Shown here: positions 23,106 through 35,671 of the stretch, in pieces | How the letters are laid out: the number at the start of each line of letters is the position of its first letter | Numbering within the stretch: position 1 is the stretch's first letter | Source of the DNA: Pristiophorus japonicus | Taxonomy: Eukaryota | Direction of reading: 5' to 3' | Assembly: GCF_044704955.1 (NCBI RefSeq) | Contig: NC_091978.1 | Span: forward strand, 273,172,001 to 273,236,000 | Length of the DNA stretch: 64,000 nt | Translations under genes and position numbers: made by a program | Notes under the pieces: generated by a model | What the model saw: the letters and a program-made list of their open reading frames with translations, nothing else | Database searches by the model: none | Told to the model about the DNA's origin: nothing

Positions 23106-26100
23106 AGAAACATAGAACCATAGAAAATAGGTGCAGGAGTAGGCCATTCGGCCTTTCTAGCCTGCACCGCTATTCAATGAGTTCATGGCTGAATATGCAA
23201 CTTCAGTACCCCATTCCTGCTTTCTCACCATACCCCTTGTTCCTTCTAGTAGTAAGGACGACATCTAACTCCTTTTTGAATATATTTAGTGAATTGGCCT
23301 CAACAACTTTCTGTGGTAGAGAATTCCACAGGTTCACCACTCTCTGGGTGAAGAGGTTTCTCCTCATCTCGGTCCTAAATGGCTTACCCCTTATCCTTAT
23401 ACTGTGACCTCTGGTTCTGGACTTCCCCAACATTGGGAACATTCTTCCTGCATCTAATCTGTCTAAACCCATCAGAATTTTAAACGTTTCTATAAGGTCC
23501 CCTCTCATTCTTCTGAACTCCAGTGAATACAAACCCAGTTGATAGAGTCTTTCTTGATAGGTCAGTCCAGCCATCCCGGGAATCAGTCTGGTGATCCTTC
23601 GCTGCACTCCCTCAATAACAAGAATGTCCTTCCTCAGGTTAGGAGACCAAAACTGTACACAATACTCCAGGTGTGGCCTCACCAAGGCCCTGTACAACTG
23701 TAGCAACACCTCCCTGCCCCTGTACTCAAATCCCCTCGCTATGAAGGCCAACATGCCATTTGCTTTCTTAACCGCCTGCTGCACCTGCATGCCAACCTTC
23801 AATGACTGATGTACCATGACACCCAGGTCTCGTTGCACCTCCCCTTTTCCTAATCTGTCACAATTCAGATAATAGTCTGTCTCTCTGTTTTTACCACCAA
23901 AGTGGGCAACCTAACATTTATCCACATTATACTTCATCTGCCATGCATTTGCCCACTCACCTAACCTATCCAAATCGCTCTGCAGCCTCATAGCATCCTC
24001 CTCGCAGCTTACACTGCCACCTAACTTAGTGTCATCCGCAAATTTGGAGAGACTGCATTTAATCCCCTCGTCTAAATCATTAATATACAGTGTAAACAGC
24101 TGGGGCCCCAGCACAGAACCTTGCGGTACCCCACTACGCACCGCCTGCCATTCTGAAAAGTACCCATTTACTCCTACTCTTTACTTCCTGTCTGACAACC
24201 ATTTCTCAATCCATGTCAGCACACTACCCCCAATCCCATGTGCTTTAACTTTGCACATTAATCTCTTGTGTGGAACCTTGTCGAAAGCCTTCTGAAAGTC
24301 CAAATATACCACATCAAATGGTTCTCCCTTGTCCACTCTACTGGAAACATCCTCAAAAAATTCCAGAGGATTTGTCAAGCATGATTTTCCTTTCACAAAT
24401 CCATGCTGACTTGGACCTATCATGTCACCTCTTTCTAAATGCGCTGCTATGACATTCTTTATTAATTGATTCAATCATCTTACCCACTACCGATGTCAGA
24501 CTGACCGGTCTATAATTCTCTGTTTTTTCTCTCCCTCCTTTTTTAAAAAGTGGGGTTACATTGGCTCCCCTCCACTCGATAGGAACTGATCCAGAGTCAA
24601 TGGAATGTTGGAAAATGACTATCAATGCATCCGCTATTTCCAAGGCCACCTCCTTAAGTACTCTGGGATGCAGTCCATCAGGCCCTGGGGATTTATTGGC
24701 CTTCAATCCCATCAATTTCCCCAACACAATTTCCCGACTAATAAGGATTTCCGTCAGTTCCTCCTCCTTACTAGACCCTCTGACCCTTCTTATATCCGGA
24801 ATGTTGTTTGTGTCCTCCTTAGTGAATACCGAACCAAAGTACTTGTTCAATTGGTCCTCCATTTCTTTGTTTCCCGTTATGACTTCCCCTGATTCTGACT
24901 GCAGGGGACCTACATTTGTCTTTACTAACCTTTTTCTCTTTACATATCTATAGAAACTTTTGCAATCCGTCTTAATGTTCCCCGCAAGTTTCTTCTCGTA
25001 CTCCATTTTCCCTGCCCTAATCAAACCCTTTATCCTCCTCTGCTGAGTTCTAAATTTCTCCCAGTATCCAGGTTCGCTGCTATTTCTGGCCAATTTGTAT
25101 GCCACTTCCTTGGCTTTAATACTATCCCTGATTTCCCTTGATAGCCACGGTTGACCCACTTTCGCTTTTTTATTTTTATGCCAGACAGGAATGTACAATT
25201 GTTGTAGTTCATCCATGCGGTCTCTAAATGTCTGCCATTGCCCATCCACAGTCAACCCCTCAAGTATCATTCGCTAATCAATCCTAGCCAATTCACGCCT
25301 CATACCTTCAAAGTTACCCTTCTTTAAGTTCTGGACCATGGTCTCTGAATTAACTGTTTCATTCTCCATCCTAATGCAGAATTCCACCATATTATGGCCA
25401 CTTTTCCCCAAGGAGCCTCGCACAATGAGATTGCCAATTAATCCTCTCTCATTACACAACACCCAGTCCAAGATGGCCTCTCCCCTAGTTGGTTCCTCGA
25501 CATATTGGTCTTGAAAACCATCCCTTATGCATTCCAGGAAATCCTCCTCCACTGTATTGCTTCCAGTTTGGTTAGCCCAATCAATGTGCATATTAAAGTC
25601 ACCCATTATAACTGCTGCACCCTTATTGCATGCACGCATAATTTCTTGTTTGATGCCCTCCCCAACATCACTACTACTGTTTGGAGGTCTGTACACAACT
25701 CCCACTAACGTTTTTTGCCCTTTGGTGTTCTGCAGCTCTACCCATATAGATTCCACATCATTCAAGCTAATGTCATTCCTAATTATTGTATTAATCTCCT
25801 CTTTAACCAGCAATGGTACCCCACCTCCTTTTCCTTTTATTCTATCCTTCCTGAATGTTGAATACCCCTGGATGTTGAGTCCCCAGCCCTGATCATCCTG
25901 GAGCCACGTCTCCGTAATCCCAATCACATCATATTTGTTAACATCTATTTGCACAGTTAATTCATCCACCTTATTACGGATACTCCTTGCATTAAGACAC
26001 AAAGCCTTCAGGTTTGTTTTTTTAACACCCTTTGTCCTCTTAGAATTTTGTTGCACAGTGGCCCTTTTTGTTCTTTTTCTTGCGTTTCTCTGCCCTCCAC

Positions 26101-27360
26101 TTTTTCTCATCTCCTTTCTGTTTTTTGCTTTTGTCTCCTTTTTGTTTCCCTCTGTCTCCCTCCATTGGTTCCCATTCCCCTGCCATATTAGTTTAACCCC
26201 TCCCCAACAGCACTAGCAAACACTCCCCCTAGGACTTTGGTTCCGGTCCTGCCCAGGTGCAGACCGTCCGGTTTGTACTGGTCCCACCTCCCCCAGAACC
26301 GGTTCCAATGCCCCAGGAATTTGAATTCCTCCCTGCTGCACCACTGCTCAAGCCACGTATTCATCTGCGCTATCCTGCGATTCCTACTCTGACTAGCACG
26401 TGGTACTGGTAGCAATCCCGAGATTACTACTTTTGAGATCCTACTTTTTAAATTTAGCTCCTAGCTCCTTAAATTCGTTTCGTAGGACCTCATCCCTTTT
26501 TTTACCTATGTCGTTGGTACCAATGTGCACCACTACAACTGGCTGTTCTCCCTCCCTTTTTAGAATGTCCTGCACCCGCTCCGAGACATCCTTGACCTTT
26601 GCACCAGGGAGGCAACATACTATCCTGGAGTCTCGGTTGCGGCCGCAGAAACGCCTATCTATTCCCCTAACAATTGAATCCCCTATCACTATCGCTCTCC
26701 CACTCTTTTTCCTGCCCTCCTGTGCAACAGAGCCAGCCATGGTGCCATGAACTTGGCTGCTTCTGCCCTCCCCTGATGAGTCATCTCCCTCAACAGCACT
26801 CAAAGCAGTGAATCTGTTTTGCAGGGGGATGACCACAGGGGACCCTTGCACTACCTTCTTTGCACTGCTCTTCTTGCTGGTCATCCATTCCCTATCTGGC
26901 TGTGGACCCTTCTCCTGTAGTATGACCAACTCGCTACACGTGATACTCACCTCATTCTCAGCATCGTGGATGCTCCAGAGTGATTCCACCCTCAGCTCCA
27001 ACTCCGCAACGCGGACCATCAGGAGCTGGAGGTGGATACACTTCCTGCACACGTAGTCATCAGGGACACTGGAGTCGTCCCTGAGTTCCCACATAGTACA
27101 GGAGGAGCATATCACCCGACCGAGCTCTCCTGCCATGACTTAACCTTTAGATAGGCAACAATAATATTAAAGTTTACTCACTGTTAAAGAGAAGAAAGAG
27201 AAACTACTCACCAATCACCAGCCAATCACTTACCCGTTTGGCTGTGGCGTCACCTTTCTGTTTATTTTTACTTCGCGCTGCTCCAACTGCCGCCGCCTCA
27301 CTCTCCCGCTGGGCCTTTTATAGGCCTCACCAACCCCGGACTCGCGCTGCTCCAACTGCC
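23106..27360 (-). mobile_element. Near full-length CR1 LINE nested in the LTR element
   Basis: ORF1 26188-27136 (MAGELGRVICSSCTM, GDS, DGLH); ORF2 23203-26110 in several frames with EN and RT motifs; CATAGAA tail. Confidence 0.95.
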
Positions 27361-27894
27361 CAATAATTTCACATCAATAATTGGTATGGCTTTTAAAAAT
27401 TCTGACCACTGTGGGAGAAAAGGATAAAATGCTATTGCGTGCGAAGTTGTTTTTCTGAATGTTTATTTTAAAGAGTAAAAGCACAGAGACTTTAATCTGA
27501 AATGGTTGCAAACTGTGGGACGGAAGTTGACATTGATTGATGGTGTCTGTGTCTGTCGGCTTTCGAAACAAAGGAAGTTAATTCTTTCACAGGCAGCTGT
27601 GAACTCTGTTTTAATTCAGTGGGCGATACCTTTTGAATATTGGAAATTTTCTTAATTTGAAGAGAATATTTTCTCCTGGGGTAGAAGGAATTTTAGGATC
27701 ATGTTACAAATTAACCCCTCAGGCTCTTAAGCAGAATCACCAGAGATTCTCTGTTTCTTTTGTTTTAAGCAGGGTGACCATCGAGAAGAGGCGATGTTGA
27801 TTAAAGGGGTTAGTGGATTGTGCCTGAGGGATAAGGAGAGCACACCACCATAACCGACTACATCTGGCCCTGAGTAAATCTCAGGAGTGTATAA

Positions 27895-28020
27895 AGAGGG
27901 AACTCCGGTACAAGGGACCGTATAATATAGTTGATAAAGCTAGTCCCATGGTATATGCAGCCCGGTTATCTAGGAGAATGAAATGGTTATATATCAACCA
28001 GATTAAGTTTTTTCAGTTCA
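27895..28020 (+). pseudogene. Integrase C-terminal (GPY/F) remnant of the LTR element
   Basis: Translates ELRYKGPYNIVDKASPMVYAARLSRRMKWLYINQIKFF, fitting the GPY..K.SP..Y..W.H.NQ.K pattern of integrase C-termini. Confidence 0.75.
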
Positions 28021-28459
28021 CCAACAGGTACCGAGACAAGAGAAAATGGTTATGAAAATGGGGAGCTGGATTCGTCCTCTCCAGCGGGATGAAGAAGGGG
28101 TGACTAATGGGATGCCCCTGCCTAATCATGTACCATATGATCCAAATGGAAGTGAAAAGGACATGGGAGCTGGAAGAATCTCCTCGGGTCCTAGATCTGG
28201 AACCACCTCCTGTCCACAGACATGCCTCGCAAACCCCGCCAATCTCACAAAGTAGCAAGAGATATAGCATGAATGGTAGAAGTAGGGATGGCCGAGGGTA
28301 TAGGATAGGGGTATGTTTCCAGTGGCATGGTAATCATACCACTGTCACAGTCCATTATATCAAGGGGTGCAAGGATGGAAGTGCAGTTGTATAAGCAGTA
28401 GAGTTCAAAAAAGACTCATGCAAAGGCTCCTTCTCCAATGAATAAACAGATTTGTGAGA

Positions 28460-31400
28460 AAAGCAATAGTTTGTCATAAACACATCCCAGGGCCAACAAA
28501 TGGGCTAATGGTAATCCCAACTCAGATGATATTGTACCATCACGTGCATCACAAAGTGGTATCTGTAATATTGAATCTGACCAAAGTGTGACTATCTGGG
28601 TGGTGCAAGCCTAAAACAGCGCGGCTACAAGGGAGAAAGATCAAGGGATTTGGGCAGAGGGCCAGTACAACCTGCACTGAATTTAGGGAGAGTGGTGGGC
28701 TTGATCGTACCTTGACAAGAATGGTGCCGAGTCTATTGGGGAGAATCATAACAGAAGGCGGTGAAGCCTGATTAATATGTTGCAACTTGTTTAATGCTAA
28801 AAAGGGGGTAAACCAGATTGTAGAAGGGGAACAAATTGTCTTCAACGAAATGGCTCGAAGTAATGTATGGATCTTGGTTAGTGGAACAAGCCCAAGGAAA
28901 CCTGAGCATATTGCAGAGGGAAAGCTCTCTTTCTGGGTAACTGATCGAGACCTAGGGCAATGTCTACTTATCAACTTACTAAGATTCTGTGCCAAGTCAG
29001 AAGGTTGGTACAGGTGTACCCAGTGGCATGAGTGTCATTTACAGGAACAGAATTACATCACCCTGTTAGAGATAGTATGGTATTACCCAATCATGCCTGA
29101 CAAAATTTAATAGGATACAATGAACACCTGAAATGTAACCCAGGCTGATGGGAAAAACATGTGTAGCCCCAGGCTGAATTGGGTGTGCTCAAGCTCAGGA
29201 CATGTTCATTTGCCTCTACGACGTGGTACAACATACAGTCTCTGCATGCGGGTCTAATTAGGATGGGATAAACATAAGAACATAAGAAATAGGAATAGGG
29301 ATAACATGGAACTGCACCGTGAAGATAATTGCGGAACAGCATTTTCCCGTACGATCTGTATAAAGAGGGAAGGGTGAATATTGTGTCAGCACCATACACC
29401 GGGAATACCAGTATGGTATCAACCCGACTTGTCCCATCGCGACGGGAATGTTTGTTTTACCCCAGTCTAAACTGTGAGACTTAGGCCGCGGGTTTCATTA
29501 AGTACTTATTTGCTTAGGCAAGTAAATATCACTAAGAAAGGAGCTAAAAGTGTAACTGCCAAAGGAAAGATATAATGAATTTGGATAGTTAATTGGGCCA
29601 ATTGAGGACCAAGTACAATGGGCATTAAGCAAAATGGGGAACAGAGGGTCACAACGGGTAGACGATGAGGTGATACTTACGGTACATATGATCGAGATAG
29701 TCCGACAATGAACCACGAGACAATGTGTGGTTTTCATGTTATCTATTGTCTAACAACAACCGATACACACTATCGGTATGCGGTGGGGGTGGCAACTGTT
29801 AACACATTTGACATAGCCAGTATAGACCAAGAAGTTCAAGACTTAGTCCAACGTTTGAGAACCCTTCTATTAAAGGGAAACAATCTGACTTCGCAGTGGT
29901 CAGAAACAGGGGACGAGGTCGCCAGACAAATGCTGCAAGTCGAGGAAATCCGAGAGCCTCATGCCCAAACTATCAATAAGATAAGTGTGCGACTAAATGA
30001 TCTCACCCAAGAAACACGTAAATAACTTTTATGTGCAATGTATGGCACATGGTTACTAGGGAACATCCGATACAATGTAAACTAGATGAAACAGGGAAAA
30101 ATGCCCGAGTGGATAATGAGCAGTTGTCCAAATGGACTAAGGATGGTATTACTCTCTGCGATGTTCACAAGACAACACAAGTGTCCTTGTCCCCAAGTAA
30201 TTGTATTACCCGAACCTCTGTGGACAGTACAGAATATAGGCGAGATGTAAGGTCATTCCCGGGTTTTATTCCACGGTATGCCCCTCTATGCGGTAAAACT
30301 AAGTGGCCCATTCCAAGGGGTCAACATCGACAGCTGCACGCAATATTTGGATGTGATAGTGTGCGCACACCCATAGAAGGAGGACAACGTATAGCATGCG
30401 GATTCACTCAGACGGTTAATCGCACGTTGGAAATCAGAGAGGAAATGAGGTGGCAGCCCGGGATGATGGGACGTACTGCATATAATAATAGCACAAAATA
30501 TAAAAACAGACAGCAAGAGTTTCTATAGGTATATAAAAAGGAAAAGTGGCTAAAGTAAATGTTGGTCCCTTAGAGGACGAGACCGGGGAATTAGTAATGG
30601 GGAGCATGGAGATGGCAGAAACTCTGAATAAATAATTTATATCAATCTTTACGGTAGAGGACACTAATAATATTCCAACAGTGGATCGTCAAGGGGCTAT
30701 GGGAGGGGGGGTGGACTTAACACAATCACAATCACAAAGGAAGTGGTATTCAGTAAGATAATGGGGCTAAAGTCAGATAAATCCCCTGGACCTGATGGCT
30801 TGCATCCTAGGGTCTTAAGAGAAGTAGCAGCAGGGATAGTGGATGCATTGGTTGTAATTTACCAAAATCCCCTGGATTCTGGGGAGGCTCCAGCAGATTG
30901 GAAATCTGCAAATGTAACCCCCACTATCTAAAAAAGGAAGCAGACAAAAAGCAGGAAACTATAGACCAGTTAGCCTAACATCTGTGGTTGGAAAAATGTT
31001 GGAGTCCATTATTAAAGAAGCAGTAGCAGGACATTTAGAAAAGCAAAATTCAGTTAGGCAGAGTCAGCATGGGTTTATGAATGGGAAGTCATATTTGACA
31101 AATTTGCTGGAATTCTTGAGGATGTAACGAACAGGGTGGATAAAGGGGAACCAGTGGATGTGGTGTATTTAGACTTCCAGAAGATATTTGACAAGGTGCC
31201 ACATAAAAGGTAACTGCACAAGATAAAAGTTCACGGGGTTGGGAGCAATATATTAGCATGGGATAGAGGATTGGCTAATGAACAGAAAACAGAGAGTTAG
31301 GTTAAATGGTTCATTCTCGGGTTGGCAATCAGTAACTAGTGGGGTGCCACAGGGATCAGTGCTGGGACCCCAACTATTTACAATCTATATTAACGACTTG

Positions 31401-32897
31401 GAAGAAGGGACCGAGTGTAACGTAGCCAGGTTTGCTGACGATACAAAGATGGGAGGAAAAGCAATATGTGACGAGAACACAAAAAACCTGCAAAAGGACA
31501 TAGACAGGCTAAGTGAGTGGACAAAAATTTGGCAGATGGAGTAAAATGTTGGAAAGTATGAGGTCATGCACTTTGGCAGAAAAAAATCAAAGCTATTATT
31601 TAAATAGAGAAAGATTGCTAAGTGCTGCATTACAGCGGGGTGTGGGAGTACTTGTGCATGAAACACAAAAGGTTAGTATGCAGGTATAACAAGTGATCAG
31701 GAAAGCCAAAGGAAACTTGGTCTTTATTGCAAAAGGGATGGAGTATAAAAGCAAGGAAGTCTTGCTATAGTTATACAGGGTATTGGTGAGGCCACATCTG
31801 GAATACTGCATGCAGTTTTGGTTTCCATATTTACTTGCTTTGGAGGCAGTTTAGAGAAGGTTCACTAGGTTGATTGCGGAAATGAGGAGGTTGAATTATG
31901 AGGAAAGGTTGAGGAGGTTGAGCCTCTATTCATTAGAATTCAGAAGAATGAGAGGTGGTCTTATCGAAACGTATAAGATTATGAGGGGGCTTGATAAGGT
32001 GGATGCAGAGAGGATGTTTCCATTAATAGGGGAGACTAGAACTAGAGGGCATAATCTTAGAATAAGGGGCTGCCCATTTAAAATTGAGATGAGGAGAAAT
32101 TTCTTCTCTCAGAGGGTTGTAAATCTGTGATATTCGCTGCCTCAGAGAGCTGTGGAAGCTGGGACATTGAATAAATTTAAGACAGAAAGAGAGTTTCTTA
32201 AATGATAAGGGAAAAAGGGGTTATGGGATGCGGGCAGGGAAGTGGACCATAATCCATGATCGGATCAGCCATGATCGTATTAAATGGCGGAGCAGGCTCG
32301 AAGGGTTGTATGGGCCACTCCTGCTCCTATTTCTTATGTTCTTATATCTACTAAGGAAAATGAGTACAAGCATGGTAATGTCATATGTGCAATCCCACAG
32401 CCTAATTTCTGTTTTACGCCTAAAGCTGTGGTCAAAATAGGCCATCGATACCTATTCCCACAAAGAGAGGAACATGGCGAGAATATCACTTTAAACAACC
32501 CAAGATGGGATGATGAAATGGAACAATATGAGATACCAACTTGGCAAGACATTCCCCGTCTCGAAGAACATTTGATGCAATTGAAAAAAGACACAGAAAG
32601 TAAAAGGACATCATCATGAGATTTTGGAAGATACCATACAGCATTCGAAGGACATCGAGGAAACCCTGAAGGACACTCAGTGGTGGGAACATGTATGTAA
32701 TTGGGGAATGAATGGTTAATATCCATCCGTGGATTCGTATAACCTCTCACGTATTGATGGTCATACAGTTAGGGCTAGCTGTCGGTTGGGGAATTGGGTT
32801 ATGTGTGGTGTGCAGAAAGAGGCAACGGGGAAGAAAAGCAAAGGCTTTAATTATGAAACAGCTAAAGTTCTTAGCCGAATACACTGAAATACTTTGA
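28460..32897 (+). pseudogene. Degraded envelope/fusion glycoprotein gene, split by a CR1 insertion
   Basis: IPGPTNGLMVIPTQMILYHHVHHKVVSVILNLT (28484); putative fusion peptide plus heptad repeat YAVGVATVNTFDIASIDQEVQDLVQRLRTLL..TINKISVRLNDLTQE (29775-30020); Cys-rich segment; second heptad region and WW (32550-32710); TM HVLMVIQLGLAVGWGIGLCVV followed by basic CRKRQRGRK, just before the PPT/LTR. Confidence 0.8.
30490..32347 (+). mobile_element. 5'-truncated CR1 LINE inserted in env
   Basis: [25 protein letters not shown] and RRNFFSQRVVNL motifs; TTCTTATGTTCTTAT tail. Confidence 0.92.
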
Positions 32898-33033
32898 GAT
32901 GTAGGTCACGTCCCGAATCCTCCGTCCCCCAAACCGCATGGCTGATCACCACAGAACGAGGCAGGGGACACAGGACGGAGCAGAATTCGGTTGGTATTCT
33001 TAGGCTGGGTAGCCAAGTACCAAAAGGGGGTAC

Positions 33034-33628
33034 TGAAGTGGGGATTTCTGCTATAATTATAGGGTTAAGAAGGGGTTTCGGGGTTCAAATTAACTAACGG
33101 GCTGTTTTCAGTGGTCAGCTTTTAGATCGCTTGATAGGTAGTTGAGAATAACACGTTGACTTTGCAAGTAGTAACCGAGGTAGGAACCACAAGGGGCCTA
33201 GGAGGGTAGAAAAACAGAACACTGGGGCAGACATGAACTGTTAACAAGATACCACCTGGCCTGAGCAAGGTTCATGGTAGCAACAACAGATTGTGGTCTC
33301 ATCAGTCATACCTTCTTCAGTTATGAAGGCGATACCTTAATGTTACGCGAGCTAGGCAGAAAACCAAGGTGAGTGATTGTGATGCGGAAGGAAATTGACC
33401 AGTCACTGTGCACGCGGGCTTTAAACTAATCAAATTGTGCCAAAGGATCGTGCATGAGGTTCAGCATGTGCGTTTAAGTGTATAAAACGTTGTTTGAAAC
33501 CAGGTATCATTGGACAGTGACCTGTCTAGACCCATAGCAGGTCACCTCCCTACCGGTGCGAATAAAGACTGCTTCAATCTTTGAACACAAACCTGGTGTC
33601 GAGTGTTTGTTTGAACTACTCCACTACA
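33034..33628 (+). repeat. 3' LTR of the env-bearing element, preceded by PPT AAAAGGGGG (33022-33030)
   Basis: TGAAGTGG...CCACTACA imperfect inverted termini; homologous to 19015-19587. Confidence 0.9.
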
Positions 33629-33747
33629 ATCTGGAATGTGTAATTAGAATCGCCTGCCTACATAATCAGTGACTTTGCAAAGTGCAATTCGAGCCATTCT
33701 GTCTGCCGCATTCAGACAGGAGAGCTCACTTTCACAGGTCAAGACCT

Positions 33748-34175
33748 CCCCCCCATCCCCCCACCCCCAGGTTCCTGCCCCCCCAGCCCAAGTTCTTGAC
33801 CCCCCCCAGCCCACGTTCCTGACATCCCCAGCCCACGTTCCTGCTCCTCCCCCCCTCCAAGTTCCTGCCCCCCCAGCCCAAGTTCCTACTCCCCCTCCCC
33901 GCCCACAAAGTTCCTGCCCCCCCACCCCCATGTTCCGGCCCCATCCCAACTCAAGTTCCTGACCACCCCCCCCCCCACCAAGCCCAAGTTCCCGACCACC
34001 CCCCCCGCCCCCAGCCCAAGTTCCCGACACCCCCCCCAGCCCAAGTTCCCGATGCCCCCCCCAGCCCAAGTTCCTGCCCCATCCTAGCCCACGTTCCTGC
34101 CCCATTCCAGCCCAAGTTCCTGACCCCCCCCTCCCCAGCCAAAGTTTCTGACCTTACACCCAACCGCCCCCCCAC
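33748..34175. repeat. C-rich minisatellite, unit ~CCCCCAGCCCAAGTTCCTGAC
   Basis: Many degenerate tandem units with variable poly-C. Confidence 0.9.
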
Positions 34176-34424
34176 CATAGCTGGGGCATTGTGTGGGGGT
34201 GTCGGATTGTTAACAAGTTTATTGGATATGAAGTGAATAAGTAGTGTCGTGACTTCCGGATTTCATCCACTCCAACGATATCACTTGTCACACACACACT
34301 GAGCTTTCCGAGAAATCAACCAGGTATAGGGGAGGAGAGGGAGAACATGGTGTGGATGTAAAGGGAGTGGGGTTGGAAGAACATGATCCATCTGTCGAGT
34401 TCCCTCTCCCTTTCTCCTCTCGGA

Positions 34425-35405
34425 TCACCTCTCTCCCAGTCTCTCTCTCTCCCTCCAACTCTCTCGCTCTCCCCTTCTCCCCAGTCTCTCTCTCTCACTC
34501 CCCCTCTCCCCCCAGTCTCTCTCTCTCTCTCACTTCCCCGTCTCTCTCTCCCCCCAGTCTCTCTCTCACTCCCCCTCTCCCCCCAGTCTCTCTCTCTCAC
34601 TTCCCCGTCGCTCTCTCCCCCCAGTCTCTCTCTCTCACTCCCCCCCAGTCTCTCTCTCTCACTCCCCCTCTCCCCCCAGTCTCTCTCTCTCTCACTTCCC
34701 CGTCTCTCTCTCTCCCCCGAGTCTCTCTCTCTCACTACCCCCCAGTCTCTCTCACTCTCCCCCCCAGTCTCTCTCACTCTCCCCCCCAGTCTCTCTCACT
34801 CTCCTCTCCCCCCCCCGCCGCAGTCTCTCTCACTCTTCCCCCAGTCTCTCACTCTTCCCCCCTCCCCAGTCTCTCTCACTCTCCCCCCCCCCACCATCTC
34901 TCCCCCCCCCTCCTCCCCAGTCTCTCTCACTCTCCCCCCCACTCTTCCCCAGTCTCTCTCACTCTCCCCCCAGTCTCTCTCACTCTTCCCCCCCTCCTCC
35001 CCAGTCTCTCTCACTCTCCCCCCTCCTCCCCAGTCTCTCTCACTCTCCCCCCTCCTCCCCAGTCTCTCTCACTCTCCCCCCCTCCTCCCCAGTCTCGCTC
35101 ACTCTTTCCCCCCCTCCTCTCCAGTCTCACTCTCCCCCCTCCTCCCCAGTCTCTCTCTCTCTCCCCACCCCCTCCTCCCCAGTCTCTCTCTCTCTTCCCC
35201 CCCCCTCCTCCCCAGTCTCTCTCTCTCTTCCCCCCCCTCCTCCCCAGTCTCTCTCACTCTCCCCCTCCCCAGTCTCTCTCACTCTCCTCCCCCCTCCCCC
35301 AGTCTCTCTCATTCTCCCACCCCATCTCCCTCTCTCCTCCACCCCCAGTCTCTCGTTCTCTCTCTCCAATCTCGCTCTCCCCAAGTCTTTCTCTTCCGTC
35401 TCTCT
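34425..35405. repeat. Pyrimidine-rich minisatellite, unit ~CCCCAGTCTCTCTCACTCT
   Basis: About 1 kb of almost pure C/T tandem units; explains the Ser/Pro/Leu ORFs in the track. Confidence 0.95.
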
Positions 35406-35671
35406 CCAGGCTTTCCCGCACGACCGGATCGCGCGCACCTGCACAAAAAGGAGGCGGAGTTCAAGACGCGCGTGCGCAGGATACAAAAAAGTTGTTGTAA
35501 ATCATCACCGTGAATATAAAGGTAATGTGCTGCTATGAGAAGGTTGTTTTCAACAAAATTATGGCTCAGGGAAAACAATGACAGGAAGTAACAGATATGG
35601 TGTGAAAAGGCATGGGGCCTATCATCTCTGTTTGACAATCGGTTCAAACAACTAGGTGGTCATAAAACATC

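Larger units (their letters stand above)
19015..33628 (+). mobile_element. Endogenous retrovirus-like LTR element with env (candidate lokiretrovirus), most of gag-pol deleted, several nested insertions
   Basis: Two homologous ~580-bp direct repeats ending CCACTACA. PBS after the first and PPT before the second. Integrase GPY remnant at ~27900 and env remnants at 28460-32897. Confidence 0.85.

Noticed and set aside
33644-34178. Gly-rich and Pro-rich ORFs
   Set aside because: Translations of the minisatellite.
34316-35513. Long ORFs (382 aa, 376 aa) as extensin/mucin-like proteins
   Set aside because: They are open in several frames only because the C/T repeat lacks stop codons.
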